Part shown: positions 1 through 8,631 of the stretch, one piece after another
Layout of the letters: every line of letters starts with the position of its first letter
Numbering within the stretch: position 1 is the first letter of the stretch
Notes under the pieces: generated by a model
The model's input: only the letters and a program-made list of their open reading frames with translations
Database searches by the model: none
What the model was told of the DNA's origin: nothing
Origin: an uncultured Lachnospiraceae bacterium
Lineage (GTDB): Bacteria > Bacillota > Clostridia > Lachnospirales > Lachnospiraceae
Direction of reading: 5' to 3'
Assembly (NCBI GenBank): GCA_902793995.1
Contig: CADBFP010000002.1
Coordinates: 100,639-164,638, forward strand
DNA: 64,000 nucleotides
Made by a program: the position numbers and the translations under genes

Positions 1-279
1 GCGGCTGTTGAAGCGAATGTCGCAGTCACCTGCTATGACGCCTTCCACCTCGCAGATAAGCAGCAGGCTGTCCGGGGACTGATTGCTTTTATCCAGGATT
101 TCCGCCTCCGCCTCTACGGTGAGCTTTTCCTTTTCCTCCGGATATGCCAGGAGGAAATCCGTTTCTCCCAGCATGGTCAGAAACATGCGAAGCACCCCTT
201 CCGCATCCTCCGGGGCAGGGTTGCGCAGCACCGCCGAGCGGCCGTCTTTTAGGTTGAAATGGATGGGTTCAATAATCAT
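1..279 (-). CDS. GNAT family N-acetyltransferase, N-terminal part (gene runs off the left edge)
   Basis: Not in the ORF track because it is cut by the edge. My translation from ATG 279-277 gives MIIEPIHFNLKDGRSAVLRNPAPEDAEGVLRMFLTMLGETDFLLAYPEEKEKL...ICEVEGVIAGDCDIRFNSR, a RimJ/RimL-like GNAT N-terminus. GGAGGA SD at 288-293. Confidence 0.6.
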   Translation of the reverse strand, partial: MIIEPIHFNLKDGRSAVLRNPAPEDAEGVLRMFLTMLGETDFLLAYPEEKEKLTVEAEAEILDKSNQSPDSLLLICEVEGVIAGDCDIRFNSR

Positions 280-310
280 GGTAGTTTCCTCCTGATAGGG
301 TTTTGGGAAA

Positions 311-377
311 GGGCGATTGATAATCGCCCCTACGGGGTTTTCACAATTTGAGGCGCATGAGGGCATGCGCCCCTACA
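311..377 (+). repeat. two REP-like units (GC-rich palindrome followed by CCCTAC)
   Basis: gggcgattgataatcgcccctacg (311-334) and ggcgcatgagggcatgcgcccctaca (352-377). The first is identical to 60746-60769. Confidence 0.7.
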
Positions 378-484
378 ACCAAGGATGACACTTAGAGCCG
401 AGCGTGCCCGACAATACTTTGGGAGCGCCCCTTGCGAAGCACCGGGGCCGACCAAAGCTTTCGTCGTGGCAGCGAAGGCGGTCA

Positions 485-2935
485 TCACACCATCTTTTCC
501 AGCTTCCAGATATCCTTCACATATTCCTCAATGGTCCGGTCCGAGGAAAACTTGCCGCTGCTGGCCACATTCCGGATGGCCATGGCCGCCCACTTTTCCC
601 GGCTCTTGTAAGCCGCTTCCACCCGCTCCTGGGCCTCCGCATAAGAAGCAAAATCCAGCAGATTGAAATAGGTATCCGCCCGGCCGCTCACCTTATCCGT
701 CAAAAGGGAATCATACAGTGGCCGGAACAATTCCGGATCCTCCGGGGAATAAAATCCGTTTACCAGCTGCATTATCACCCGGCGCAGCTCATCGTTCTCT
801 CGGAAGATCCCCATGGGATCGTAATCGTGGTTCCGCTCATGCTCCATCACCTCTTCCGCACTCATGCCAAAGATAAAAGCATTTTCCCGGCCAACTTCTT
901 CCACGATTTCCACATTGGCACCGTCCATGGTACCCAGGGTCAAGGCCCCGTTCATCATAAACTTCATATTGCCGGTGCCGCTGGCTTCCTTGGAGGCGGT
1001 GGAAATCTGCTCGCTCACATCGCTGGCGGCAAAAATGATTTCCGCATTGGACACCCGGTAATCTTCAATAAACACCACCTTCAGCTTCCCCTGAATCCGG
1101 GGGTCGTTATTTACCACCTGAGCTACATTGTTAATCAGCTTGATGGTCAGCTTGGCCAAATGATAGCCGGAGGATGCCTTGGCGCCGAAAATGAAGGTCC
1201 GGGGCACAAAAGCCATATCCGGGAAATCCGACAGCTTATTATACAGATACATCACATGGAGGATGTTCAAAAGCTGCCGCTTGTATTCGTGGAGGCGCTT
1301 AACCTGCACATCGAAAATGGAATCCGGATCCACCTCGATGCCGTTATGCTCCTTGATATATTCCGCCAGCCGCAGCTTGTTCTGCCGCTTGATGGCCCTA
1401 AACTCGCTGCGGGCATTCGGATCCGCCGCCAGGGGCAGCAGATTCTTCAACTGGGACAAATCCGTAATCCAGCCCTCCCCGATATGCTTTGTGATCCACT
1501 CCGCCAGCAGGGGATTGCCGTGGAGCAGGAAGCGGCGCTGGGTCACACCGTTGGTTTTGTTGGAGAACTTCTCCGGCATCATCTCAAAGAAATCCTTAAA
1601 CTCCCGCTTTTCCAGAATCTCCGTATGCAGAGCTGCCACCCCGTTCACGGAGAAGCTCCCCACAATGGCCAGGGGTGCCATCCGCACCTGTCCCTCATAC
1701 AGGATCGCCATAGCCCGGATCTTGCTCTCGTCCCCGGGATAGCGGCGCCGCACCTCACTGACAAAGCGGCGGTTAATCTCATCCACAATTTGATAAATCC
1801 GGGGCAGCAGCCGGGAGAAGAGATCAATGGGCCATTTCTCCGATGCTTCCGCCATAATGGTATGATTGGTATAGGCGCAGGTCTTCCGGGTGATTTCCCA
1901 GGCCTCCTCCCATTCCAGGTCATAATCATCCAGAAGGATCCGCATCAGCTCCGCCACGGAAACGGCGGGGTGGGTATCATTCATCTGGATGCAGACTTTC
2001 TCCGGCAGACCATGGATATCCTCATGAGTTTCCATATAGCGCTCCACCGCCCGCTGCAGGGTGGCGGATACAAAGAAATACTGCTGTTTTAAGCGCAGTT
2101 CCTTGCCGGTGTAATGGTTGTCATTGGGGTAGAGCACTTTGCAAATGGTCTCCGCCGTGTTTTTGGCGGCGTCCGCTCCCGCATAATCCCCGGCATCGAA
2201 GGAGGAAAGCTCCAGCTGCTCCACCGGCTCTGCGCTCCAGATCCGAAGGGTGTCGATGATGCCGTTTTCATAGCCGATCACCGGCATATCATAAGGCACC
2301 GCCAGCACGGAATAATAGCCCTCGTGGAGGAAGCGGACCCGGCCGCTTTCATCATATTCCCCCCGAGTATAGCCCCCGAAGCGGATTTCCTTGGTATGGC
2401 TGGCCCGGCGCACCTCGAAGGGATTGCCGTTCTTTAACCAGTTGTCCGGGACTTCCTTTTGATATCCGTTTTCAATCACCTGGCGGAACATGCCGTATTT
2501 ATAACGGATACCGCAGCCGTAAGCCGGGTAGCCCAGGCTGGCCAGGGAATCCAGAAAACAGGCCGCCAGCCGGCCCAGGCCTCCGTTCCCCAGGGCCCAG
2601 TCCCGCTCCTGGTCTTCTATCACATTCAGGTCGATGCCATACTCCTCCATCAATTCCCGCACCGCCTGCTGGGCCCCCAGGTTGATCAGGTTATTGCCCA
2701 GGGCCCGGCCCATCAGGAACTCCATGGACATGTAATACACCATCTTCCGGTCCTCGGCCTTCACCCGTTTCTGGGTCTCGGTCCAGGCCTCCATGAATTG
2801 CTCCTTTAAGGCCATAGACAGGGCCATGTAAATCTGTTCCGGGGTGGCTTCCTCCACGCCGGAAACCATCTGCAGCTGCAGATATTCTTTCATGCTTTTC
2901 GCCAGGATATCTTTATCGATTCGTATGCCTTCCAT
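485..2935 (-). CDS. glgP: glycogen/alpha-glucan phosphorylase
   Basis: Long ORF with EASGTGNMKFMMNGALTLGTMDGANVE, the PLP-lysine motif of GT35 phosphorylases. Start moved to ATG 2935 (MEGIRID) with AAGGAG just upstream. The ORF-track start at 2956 is an upstream TTG. Confidence 0.95.
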   Translation of the reverse strand: MEGIRIDKDILAKSMKEYLQLQMVSGVEEATPEQIYMALSMALKEQFMEAWTETQKRVKAEDRKMVYYMSMEFLMGRALGNNLINLGAQQAVRELMEEYGIDLNVIEDQERDWALGNGGLGRLAACFLDSLASLGYPAYGCGIRYKYGMFRQVIENGYQKEVPDNWLKNGNPFEVRRASHTKEIRFGGYTRGEYDESGRVRFLHEGYYSVLAVPYDMPVIGYENGIIDTLRIWSAEPVEQLELSSFDAGDYAGADAAKNTAETICKVLYPNDNHYTGKELRLKQQYFFVSATLQRAVERYMETHEDIHGLPEKVCIQMNDTHPAVSVAELMRILLDDYDLEWEEAWEITRKTCAYTNHTIMAEASEKWPIDLFSRLLPRIYQIVDEINRRFVSEVRRRYPGDESKIRAMAILYEGQVRMAPLAIVGSFSVNGVAALHTEILEKREFKDFFEMMPEKFSNKTNGVTQRRFLLHGNPLLAEWITKHIGEGWITDLSQLKNLLPLAADPNARSEFRAIKRQNKLRLAEYIKEHNGIEVDPDSIFDVQVKRLHEYKRQLLNILHVMYLYNKLSDFPDMAFVPRTFIFGAKASSGYHLAKLTIKLINNVAQVVNNDPRIQGKLKVVFIEDYRVSNAEIIFAASDVSEQISTASKEASGTGNMKFMMNGALTLGTMDGANVEIVEEVGRENAFIFGMSAEEVMEHERNHDYDPMGIFRENDELRRVIMQLVNGFYSPEDPELFRPLYDSLLTDKVSGRADTYFNLLDFASYAEAQERVEAAYKSREKWAAMAIRNVASSGKFSSDRTIEEYVKDIWKLEKMV

Positions 2936-2982
2936 AATGCTCCTTTCGATATACAATTAAATATTTAGTACCGATGGTCTAT

Positions 2983-4032
2983 CTATTGACCGAATTCATC
3001 CATTTTATGAAACTCATCTAAATTTAATTCCCGTTTCAGCTCCTCTTCCGTGGGCATATATGCCATATATTTTGCCGCATAAATCTGCGTGTTGTCCTCA
3101 GGTAATGTATAACGAACCAGTGTATCGCTTTTATCTGCACAAAGCAGAACACCTATAGGAGGATTGTCTCCCTCATTCATCATTTCGCGAGTATAATAAT
3201 TCACATACATCTGCATTTGCCCAATATCCTGATGTGTTAAGTCCCCCGTTTTGAGATCAAAAAGCACAAAACACTTCAAAATGTAGTTATAAAATATAAG
3301 GTCAATATAAAAGTGCCTGCCATCTACCACAAAATGCTTCTGTCTGGCCACAAAGGAAAAACCGCGTCCCAACTCTAATAAAAACTTCTGTAAATGGTCG
3401 ATCAATGCCTGTTCAATTTCCGACTCATAAAAATGCTCGTTGGACGGAAGATCAAGAAATTCCAGTACATATGGATCCTTGATTATTCTTTCATACTCCG
3501 GTCTGGGAACTGTGGTCTGTATCTCTGATGCCACGCTTTCCTTATCCCTGCTTGACAGTATTCTCTGATAAAACATCGTATTGATTTGTCTTTGCAGCTG
3601 GCGAACGCTCCATCCGGCTCTCACGGATTCTTCGGTATAAAACGATCTTGCTGCCTCATCCTCCACACGCATGAGCAGACGGTAATGCGACCAGCTCAAT
3701 TCGCTCCACAGTGTGGAGCGTTTTGGATACGCCAAATAAAACTGCCGCATATTCCGAAGTCCCTGAACGCTGAATCCCTTTCCGAACTCCGATGTCAACC
3801 GTTCCGAGACATACTGTAAAATCTGCTTCCCATAGGCAGCCCGCTCACTTTCACCACAGGCTTCGTAGATCAATCTGCCGATTTCCCAATACGCCGTAAC
3901 CATAGCCGAATTGACAGCAGAGTAAATCTGCTTTTGCGCATCAATCACATAGCTGCGGATTGAAAGATATGTATCCTCTGACTGCTGAACATTCGAGAGA
4001 GTATCATCTTTATTCGTCATCTCATATTTCAT
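2983..4032 (-). CDS. DUF1016/YhcG-type PDDEXK nuclease family protein
   Basis: YWEIGRLIYE...RAAYGKQILQYVSERLTSEFGKGFSVQGLRNMRQFYLAYP in the N-terminal region, then a C-terminal D...E.K-like core (FYIDLIFYN...FDLKTGDLTHQDIGQMQMYVNYY). This is the YhcG family pattern. Confidence 0.8.
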   Translation of the reverse strand: MKYEMTNKDDTLSNVQQSEDTYLSIRSYVIDAQKQIYSAVNSAMVTAYWEIGRLIYEACGESERAAYGKQILQYVSERLTSEFGKGFSVQGLRNMRQFYLAYPKRSTLWSELSWSHYRLLMRVEDEAARSFYTEESVRAGWSVRQLQRQINTMFYQRILSSRDKESVASEIQTTVPRPEYERIIKDPYVLEFLDLPSNEHFYESEIEQALIDHLQKFLLELGRGFSFVARQKHFVVDGRHFYIDLIFYNYILKCFVLFDLKTGDLTHQDIGQMQMYVNYYTREMMNEGDNPPIGVLLCADKSDTLVRYTLPEDNTQIYAAKYMAYMPTEEELKRELNLDEFHKMDEFGQ

Positions 4033-4123
4033 AGGCTATCCCTTTCCTAAACACCCTGATCAGGCCGTCCCCCTGCCATAAATCTTCCGTAAACAAGCTA
4101 AAGGCTTTTATCACGGAATCTAC

Positions 4124-4522
4124 TTATGAGCCAGATGATTGGTCACAGGACACACCAAATTCATCAAAGTTCTTACGCAAGGCTCTTTCTGTAAGAATAA
4201 TCGGCACGATGCCCAAGGGAATCATCTGAGCCGCCACGATTATGCCGCCCATTAAACCCACCTCCCCTGCTTCTTTTCCCAAAACCAGCACCATGGGAAG
4301 CAGGGAAAGGGGAATGCAGACAAGCCCCATGATAAACCAAATCCGTCCGACATATTGGTGAGCAAAGTCCCAGCTGTCCTGACTCTTCATGGAGCGGACG
4401 CTTCTGTACCCGGATGTAGGATTGATCATCTTGGGCGCGCTTCTCATATACCTGCTGCCCAGAACCATCATGGTTATGGGCATCAATAGTACCATGATAA
4501 GCATGAAAATCCAAAAACCCAT
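4124..4522 (-). CDS. SdpI/YhfL family membrane protein
   Basis: Multi-TM protein with GYRSVRSMKSQDSWDFAHQY, which fits the SdpI signature GYRT..SMKN...W..A. Start set at MGFWIF (ATG 4522) because the upstream ORF-track extension overlaps the preceding small gene region. Confidence 0.7.
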   Translation of the reverse strand: MGFWIFMLIMVLLMPITMMVLGSRYMRSAPKMINPTSGYRSVRSMKSQDSWDFAHQYVGRIWFIMGLVCIPLSLLPMVLVLGKEAGEVGLMGGIIVAAQMIPLGIVPIILTERALRKNFDEFGVSCDQSSGS

Positions 4523-4535
4523 CTTGCCTGGCACC

Positions 4536-4730
4536 TTAATCGAAATAATTCGAATCGTATACGGGGGTAATAACAGGTTTCCCTTCACTATCCAAGAGGA
4601 CAGTCAGGCCCCCTGCGTTGCCATCCTCATGAAACAAATAGTTCACACCGGTTTCCTTGTCTATCCAGATTTGGGTAACGCATAGTGCGCCTTGTGAATA
4701 TACACACTCAAATCTATCTTCTTTCTTCAT
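4536..4730 (-). CDS. small conserved protein (DUF6440-like)
   Basis: 64-aa ORF MKKEDRFECVYSQG...IWIDKETGVNYLFHEDGNAGGLTVLLDSEGKPVI. The DKETGVNYL...G..GLT.LLD..GKP pattern is recalled from DUF6440 proteins. It lies immediately upstream of the SdpI-like gene. Confidence 0.5.
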   Translation of the reverse strand: MKKEDRFECVYSQGALCVTQIWIDKETGVNYLFHEDGNAGGLTVLLDSEGKPVITPVYDSNYFD

Positions 4731-4752
4731 ATGATTCTCCTATGAAATCTCA

Positions 4753-4841
4753 GTGTCATTCTGAGGAGGCGCAGCCGACGAAGAATCCCATGACTTCTTG
4801 CTCCGTATGGGATCCTTCGGCCTAAGGCCTCAGGATGACAC
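4753..4841. repeat. ~90-bp imperfect palindromic element (GTGTCATTCTGAGG...CCTCAGGATGACAC)
   Basis: The arms gtgtcattctgaggaggcgcagccgacgaagaatcccat and atgggatccttcggcctaaggcctcaggatgacac are reverse complements. A second full copy is at 32722-32807, with half copies at 51501-51535 and 53463-53496. Confidence 0.75.
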
Positions 4842-4847
4842 GGCGTT

Positions 4848-7800
4848 TTACAGCTTCTCCACCCCCAGGGTCACGGTCTCCCCGTTGATGTTCCACTCCT
4901 TCACATAGCCTGCCGCTTCCCCGGCCTTTACTTCCTTCGCCAGCACCTGGGCGGCAATCTCTTCTCCCAGCTTGGCAAAGATCTCCTCAATCACCGGATT
5001 CCCCTGATGGCTCAGGCGGATCCGGTCAGTCACCTCAAAGCCCGCTTCCTTCCGCATGGTCTGGACCTTGGAGACAATCTCCCGCATAAAGCCTTCTTCA
5101 ATCAGCTCCGGCGTCAAAATGATATCCAGCACTACCGTGCAGTCCCCCTCCTGCTCCGCGGAGAAGCCTTCCCGTTTGGCAGACTCGATAAGCAGATCCT
5201 CCTCTGCCAGCTCCGCTTCCCCGGTGGAAAGGGTCAGCCGCAGCACGCCCTCACTCTTTAACTGGGCCATAGCCCCCCGGCCGTCGATGCCCGCCAGCAG
5301 CTCCCGGATTTCATTTAACTGCTTGCCGAACTTCGGCCCCAGGGTCCGCATCTGGGGCTTAAAGGAATAAGACACAAACTCCTCGGCGCTGTCCGTATAT
5401 TCCAGGCTCTTCACATTTAATTCTTCCGTGATGATGGCGTCATAATACTGGCTCAAGGCCTTAGGCGCCTTTACCATCATGCGGGACAGGGGCTGCCGGT
5501 TCTTCACCGCGGCGCTGTTTCTCGCCGCCCGGCCAAGGGACACCAGCTTCACCGCCAGATCCATCTCCTTTTCCAGCTCCGGATCGATCAGGCTCTCATC
5601 CGCCACCGGATAATCACAGAGATGAATACTCTCCTCCGAGCCTTTCAGCACCGGCCGCACGATATTCTGGTAAATGGCCTCCGTCATAAAGGGCACCATG
5701 GGAGCCGCCAGCAGGCTCACGGTATACAGGGCCTCAAATAGGGTCATATAGGCATTCACCTTATCCTCTTCCATACCGGAGGCCCAATAGCGATCCCGGC
5801 AGCGGCGCACATACCAGTTGGAAAGATCCTCCACAAAGGCCGCCAAGGCCCGGGAAGCTTCCGTCACATGGTAGGCATCCAAAGCCTGATCCACCACCTT
5901 AATCAGGGTGTTCAGCTTGGAGCGGAGCCAGCGGTCCATCACCGGAAGATTCCCGGGCTGCCACTTGCCCTCCTTCATATATCTCGAAGGATCAAACTGA
6001 TCGATCTCCGCATACAGGGTATAAAATGCGTAGCTGTTCCACAGGGTGCTCATGAACTTGGAGCGCCCCTCCAGCACCGCCTCCTCAGAAAAGCGCTTGG
6101 GCAGCCAGGGAGCGGAGCTGTTGTAGAAATACCAGCGGATGGCGTCCGCCCCGTACTTCTCCAGAGCCTCGAAAGGATCCACCACATTGCCCTTGGATTT
6201 GGACATCTTCTGGCCGTTTTTATCCTGCACCAGCCCCAGCACGATGACATTTTCGTAAGGGGATTTGTCAAAGAGCAAAGTCCCTTCCGCCATAAGGGAA
6301 TGGAACCAGCCCCGGGTCTGATCTACCGCTTCGGAAATAAAGGCCGCCGGGAATTGCTGCTCGAACTTCTCTTTATTTTCAAAGGGATAATGATGCTGGG
6401 CGAAGGGCATGGCCCCGGAATCGAACCAGCAATCGATCACCTCCGGCACCCGGCGCATTTCCCCGCCGCAGTCCGGGCATTTTAAGGTGATATCATCCAC
6501 ATAAGGCCGGTGCAGTTCCATGGTCTCCACCGCCGGATTTCCGCTTCTTTCCATGAGCTCCGCCCGGCTGCCAATGCACTCCCTGTGTCCGCAGCCGCAT
6601 TCCCAGATATTCAAGGGGGTGCCCCAATAGCGGTTCCGGGAAATGGCCCAGTCCTGGATGTTTTCCAGCCAGTTGCCAAAGCGCCCCGTGCCGATGGATT
6701 CCGGCAGCCAGTTCACCGTATTGTTATTCTTTACCAAATCATCCTTGTAATCGCTCTCCCGGATGTACCAGGAATCCCGGGCGTAGTAAATCAGGGGGGT
6801 GTCGCAGCGCCAGCAATGGGGATATTCATGTTCAAACTTCGGGGCGTCAAAGAGGAGCCCCGCCTCTTCCAGATCCTTTAAGATTACGGGGTCCGCCTTC
6901 TTCACGAAAAGGCCCGCATAGGGAGTATCCGCCGTCATTTCTCCCTTGCCGTCCACAAACTGCACGAAGGGCAGGCCGTAATGGCGGCCCACATTGGCAT
7001 CGTCCTCACCGAAAGCGGGAGCGATATGCACAATGCCCGTGCCGTCGGTCATGGTGACATAATTGTCGCAGGTGACGAAAAAGGCCTTTTCGCTGCGGTT
7101 TTTCGCTACAAATTCCCCGGTAAAGCCCAGCAGGGGCTCATATTCTTTATGTTCCAGATCCTTGCCCTCAAAGCGCTCCGTGATCTGCCATTTGAGAGTC
7201 GCCTCAGGATCTTCCGGCTTGGGATCCCCCAGCACCGTCTGAGCCAGGGCCTCCGCCAGGATGTAGGACTTCCCTTCAGCCGGCACAAAAACCTTCACAT
7301 AAGTTTCTCCCGGGTTCACGCAGAGCGCCACATTGGAAGGCAGGGTCCAAGGGGTGGTGGTCCACACCAGGAAGTAGGTATTCTCCTCCCCTTTTACCTT
7401 AAAGCGGGCGATGGCGGAACGCTCCTTCACCGGCTTATAGCCCTGAGACACCTCTGCCGTTGAAAGGGGGGTGCCGCAACGGGGGCAGTAAGGCACAATC
7501 TTAAAGCCCTTGTACAGCAGCCCCTTTTTCCACAGCTCCGACAGGGCCCACCATTCGGACTCGATATACTCGTCATGGTAGGTCACATAGGGCTCGTCCA
7601 TATTGGCCCAGAAGCCCACGGTGTCAGAGAACTGTTCCCACATTTCCTTGTACTTCCACACGGATTCCTTGCACTTTTTGATGAAGGGCTCGATGCCGTA
7701 GGCCTCGATCTGCTCCTTGCCGTTTAAGCCCAGAGCCTTTTCCACCTCCAGCTCCACCGGCAGACCATGGGTATCCCAGCCGGCTTTGCGGGGCACATAA

Positions 7801-8030
7801 TACCCCTTCATGGTGCGGTAACGGGGAATCATGTCCTTGATGACCCGGGTTTCCACATGGCCGATATGGGGCTTGCCATTGGCGGTAGGCGGCCCGTCAT
7901 AGAAGGTGTAGCAAGGACGGTCCTTGCGCCCCTCCTCGGACTTTTCAAAGATCTTGTTCTCTTTCCAGAACTTTAACACTTCCTTCTCGCGGCTGACAAA
8001 GTTTTGATCCGTGGGAACTTTGTTGTACAT
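4848..8030 (-). CDS. ileS: isoleucine--tRNA ligase (type 2)
   Basis: 1060 aa. HIGH motif (FYDGPPTANGKPHIGH) and KMSKS motif (KMSKSKGN), CP1 editing region and C-terminal Zn-type cysteines. Preceded by a T-box leader. Confidence 0.95.
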   Translation of the reverse strand: MYNKVPTDQNFVSREKEVLKFWKENKIFEKSEEGRKDRPCYTFYDGPPTANGKPHIGHVETRVIKDMIPRYRTMKGYYVPRKAGWDTHGLPVELEVEKALGLNGKEQIEAYGIEPFIKKCKESVWKYKEMWEQFSDTVGFWANMDEPYVTYHDEYIESEWWALSELWKKGLLYKGFKIVPYCPRCGTPLSTAEVSQGYKPVKERSAIARFKVKGEENTYFLVWTTTPWTLPSNVALCVNPGETYVKVFVPAEGKSYILAEALAQTVLGDPKPEDPEATLKWQITERFEGKDLEHKEYEPLLGFTGEFVAKNRSEKAFFVTCDNYVTMTDGTGIVHIAPAFGEDDANVGRHYGLPFVQFVDGKGEMTADTPYAGLFVKKADPVILKDLEEAGLLFDAPKFEHEYPHCWRCDTPLIYYARDSWYIRESDYKDDLVKNNNTVNWLPESIGTGRFGNWLENIQDWAISRNRYWGTPLNIWECGCGHRECIGSRAELMERSGNPAVETMELHRPYVDDITLKCPDCGGEMRRVPEVIDCWFDSGAMPFAQHHYPFENKEKFEQQFPAAFISEAVDQTRGWFHSLMAEGTLLFDKSPYENVIVLGLVQDKNGQKMSKSKGNVVDPFEALEKYGADAIRWYFYNSSAPWLPKRFSEEAVLEGRSKFMSTLWNSYAFYTLYAEIDQFDPSRYMKEGKWQPGNLPVMDRWLRSKLNTLIKVVDQALDAYHVTEASRALAAFVEDLSNWYVRRCRDRYWASGMEEDKVNAYMTLFEALYTVSLLAAPMVPFMTEAIYQNIVRPVLKGSEESIHLCDYPVADESLIDPELEKEMDLAVKLVSLGRAARNSAAVKNRQPLSRMMVKAPKALSQYYDAIITEELNVKSLEYTDSAEEFVSYSFKPQMRTLGPKFGKQLNEIRELLAGIDGRGAMAQLKSEGVLRLTLSTGEAELAEEDLLIESAKREGFSAEQEGDCTVVLDIILTPELIEEGFMREIVSKVQTMRKEAGFEVTDRIRLSHQGNPVIEEIFAKLGEEIAAQVLAKEVKAGEAAGYVKEWNINGETVTLGVEKL

Positions 8031-8102
8031 GGGTTATCTCCTTTAATGTGTTGTTTTTCAATATTCTGCAGACACTCAACAATCAAATCTCAGCGGGTTT
8101 TA

Positions 8103-8238
8103 GCGAGCAACGAAGCCTCCTTCCGGTAATTGTCGGCCGAGCGGCTTGAACAATACTTTTCGAACCCCTTTTCCGGGGTGAGAAAAGTTTTCGTTCGAGA
8201 CGCGAAGGCCCCCCAACCAAGAAGTCTTCGTTGCGAGC
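8103..8238. repeat. ~135-bp MITE-like element with inverted ends, between the T-box terminator and the ileS SD
   Basis: Ends are gcgagcaacgaag (8103-8115) and cttcgttgcgagc (8226-8238), complementary at 11/13 positions. The interior (gccgagcg..acaatactttt..cccctttt) resembles 393-480. Confidence 0.55.
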
Positions 8239-8247
8239 CTGTATAAC

Positions 8248-8600
8248 AAAAAACCCGCCCCAAACGGGACGAGAACCTCGCTGTACCACCCATTTGGCGT
8301 CTGCAAACACAGACCCTCCGCGCTAACGGGCGGAACCCGGCCGAGCCTACTGACAGGGAAGGTTTCCTCAAATTGCGGGTCGATGTGGGCATCGACCCCT
8401 ACGGAGAAGGTATCCCCAAATTGCGGGTCAATATGGGCATCGACCATACAAGGGATGTCTTCCTGCGTTCAGGCGGCGGCTCCGGAGTGACCTTCACGCT
8501 TGCGCTACCGGCACCGGTTCTCAGCTCATCCGGCTCTCTGTGGCTTTCTTCGCAAGGCTACTCTCTCCATCATTGCCTTTCGGGATATTCAATTACCAGA
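8248..8600 (-). promoter_or_regulatory. T-box riboswitch leader of ileS
   Basis: On the minus strand: K-turn/S-turn start AAUGAUGGAGAGAGUAG, AG bulge AGAGAG, T-box sequence AAAUGGGUGGUACAGCG (8295-8279), and terminator CUCGUCCC-GUUU-GGGGCGGG-UUUUUU (8273-8248). Confidence 0.85.
8366..8450 (+). repeat. two tandem ~39-bp hairpin repeats (REP-like) inside the T-box leader
   Basis: cctcaaattgcgggtcgatgtgggcatcgacccctacgg (8366-8404) and ccccaaattgcgggtcaatatgggcatcgaccataca (8414-8450). Each carries a gtcgatg...catcgac palindrome. Confidence 0.8.
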
Positions 8601-8602
8601 TG

Positions 8603-8631
8603 ATTGTACTGAAAAAATATACTGCTGTCAA
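8603..8631 (-). promoter_or_regulatory. sigma-A type promoter for the ileS leader
   Basis: On the minus strand: TTGACA (8631-8626), a 17-nt spacer, then TACAAT (8608-8603). It overlaps the stop of the upstream gene. Confidence 0.6.

Noticed and set aside
404-2092. 562-aa plus-strand ORF, plus other long plus-strand ORFs, overlapping glgP
   Set aside because: It is antisense to a gene with unmistakable phosphorylase motifs. The product is proline-, glycine-, histidine- and arginine-rich low-complexity sequence typical of shadow ORFs in GC-rich coding DNA. The same reasoning applies to 15712-16944(-), 19759-20571(-), 23493-24563(-), 26535-27995(+), 28035-28715(+), 34882-35769(+) and similar track entries.
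8083-8603. Several 75-115-aa ORFs on both strands between ileS and the PGA genes
   Set aside because: The region is fully explained by the T-box leader, its terminator and inserted repeat elements. The ORFs have no SD and read through palindromes.
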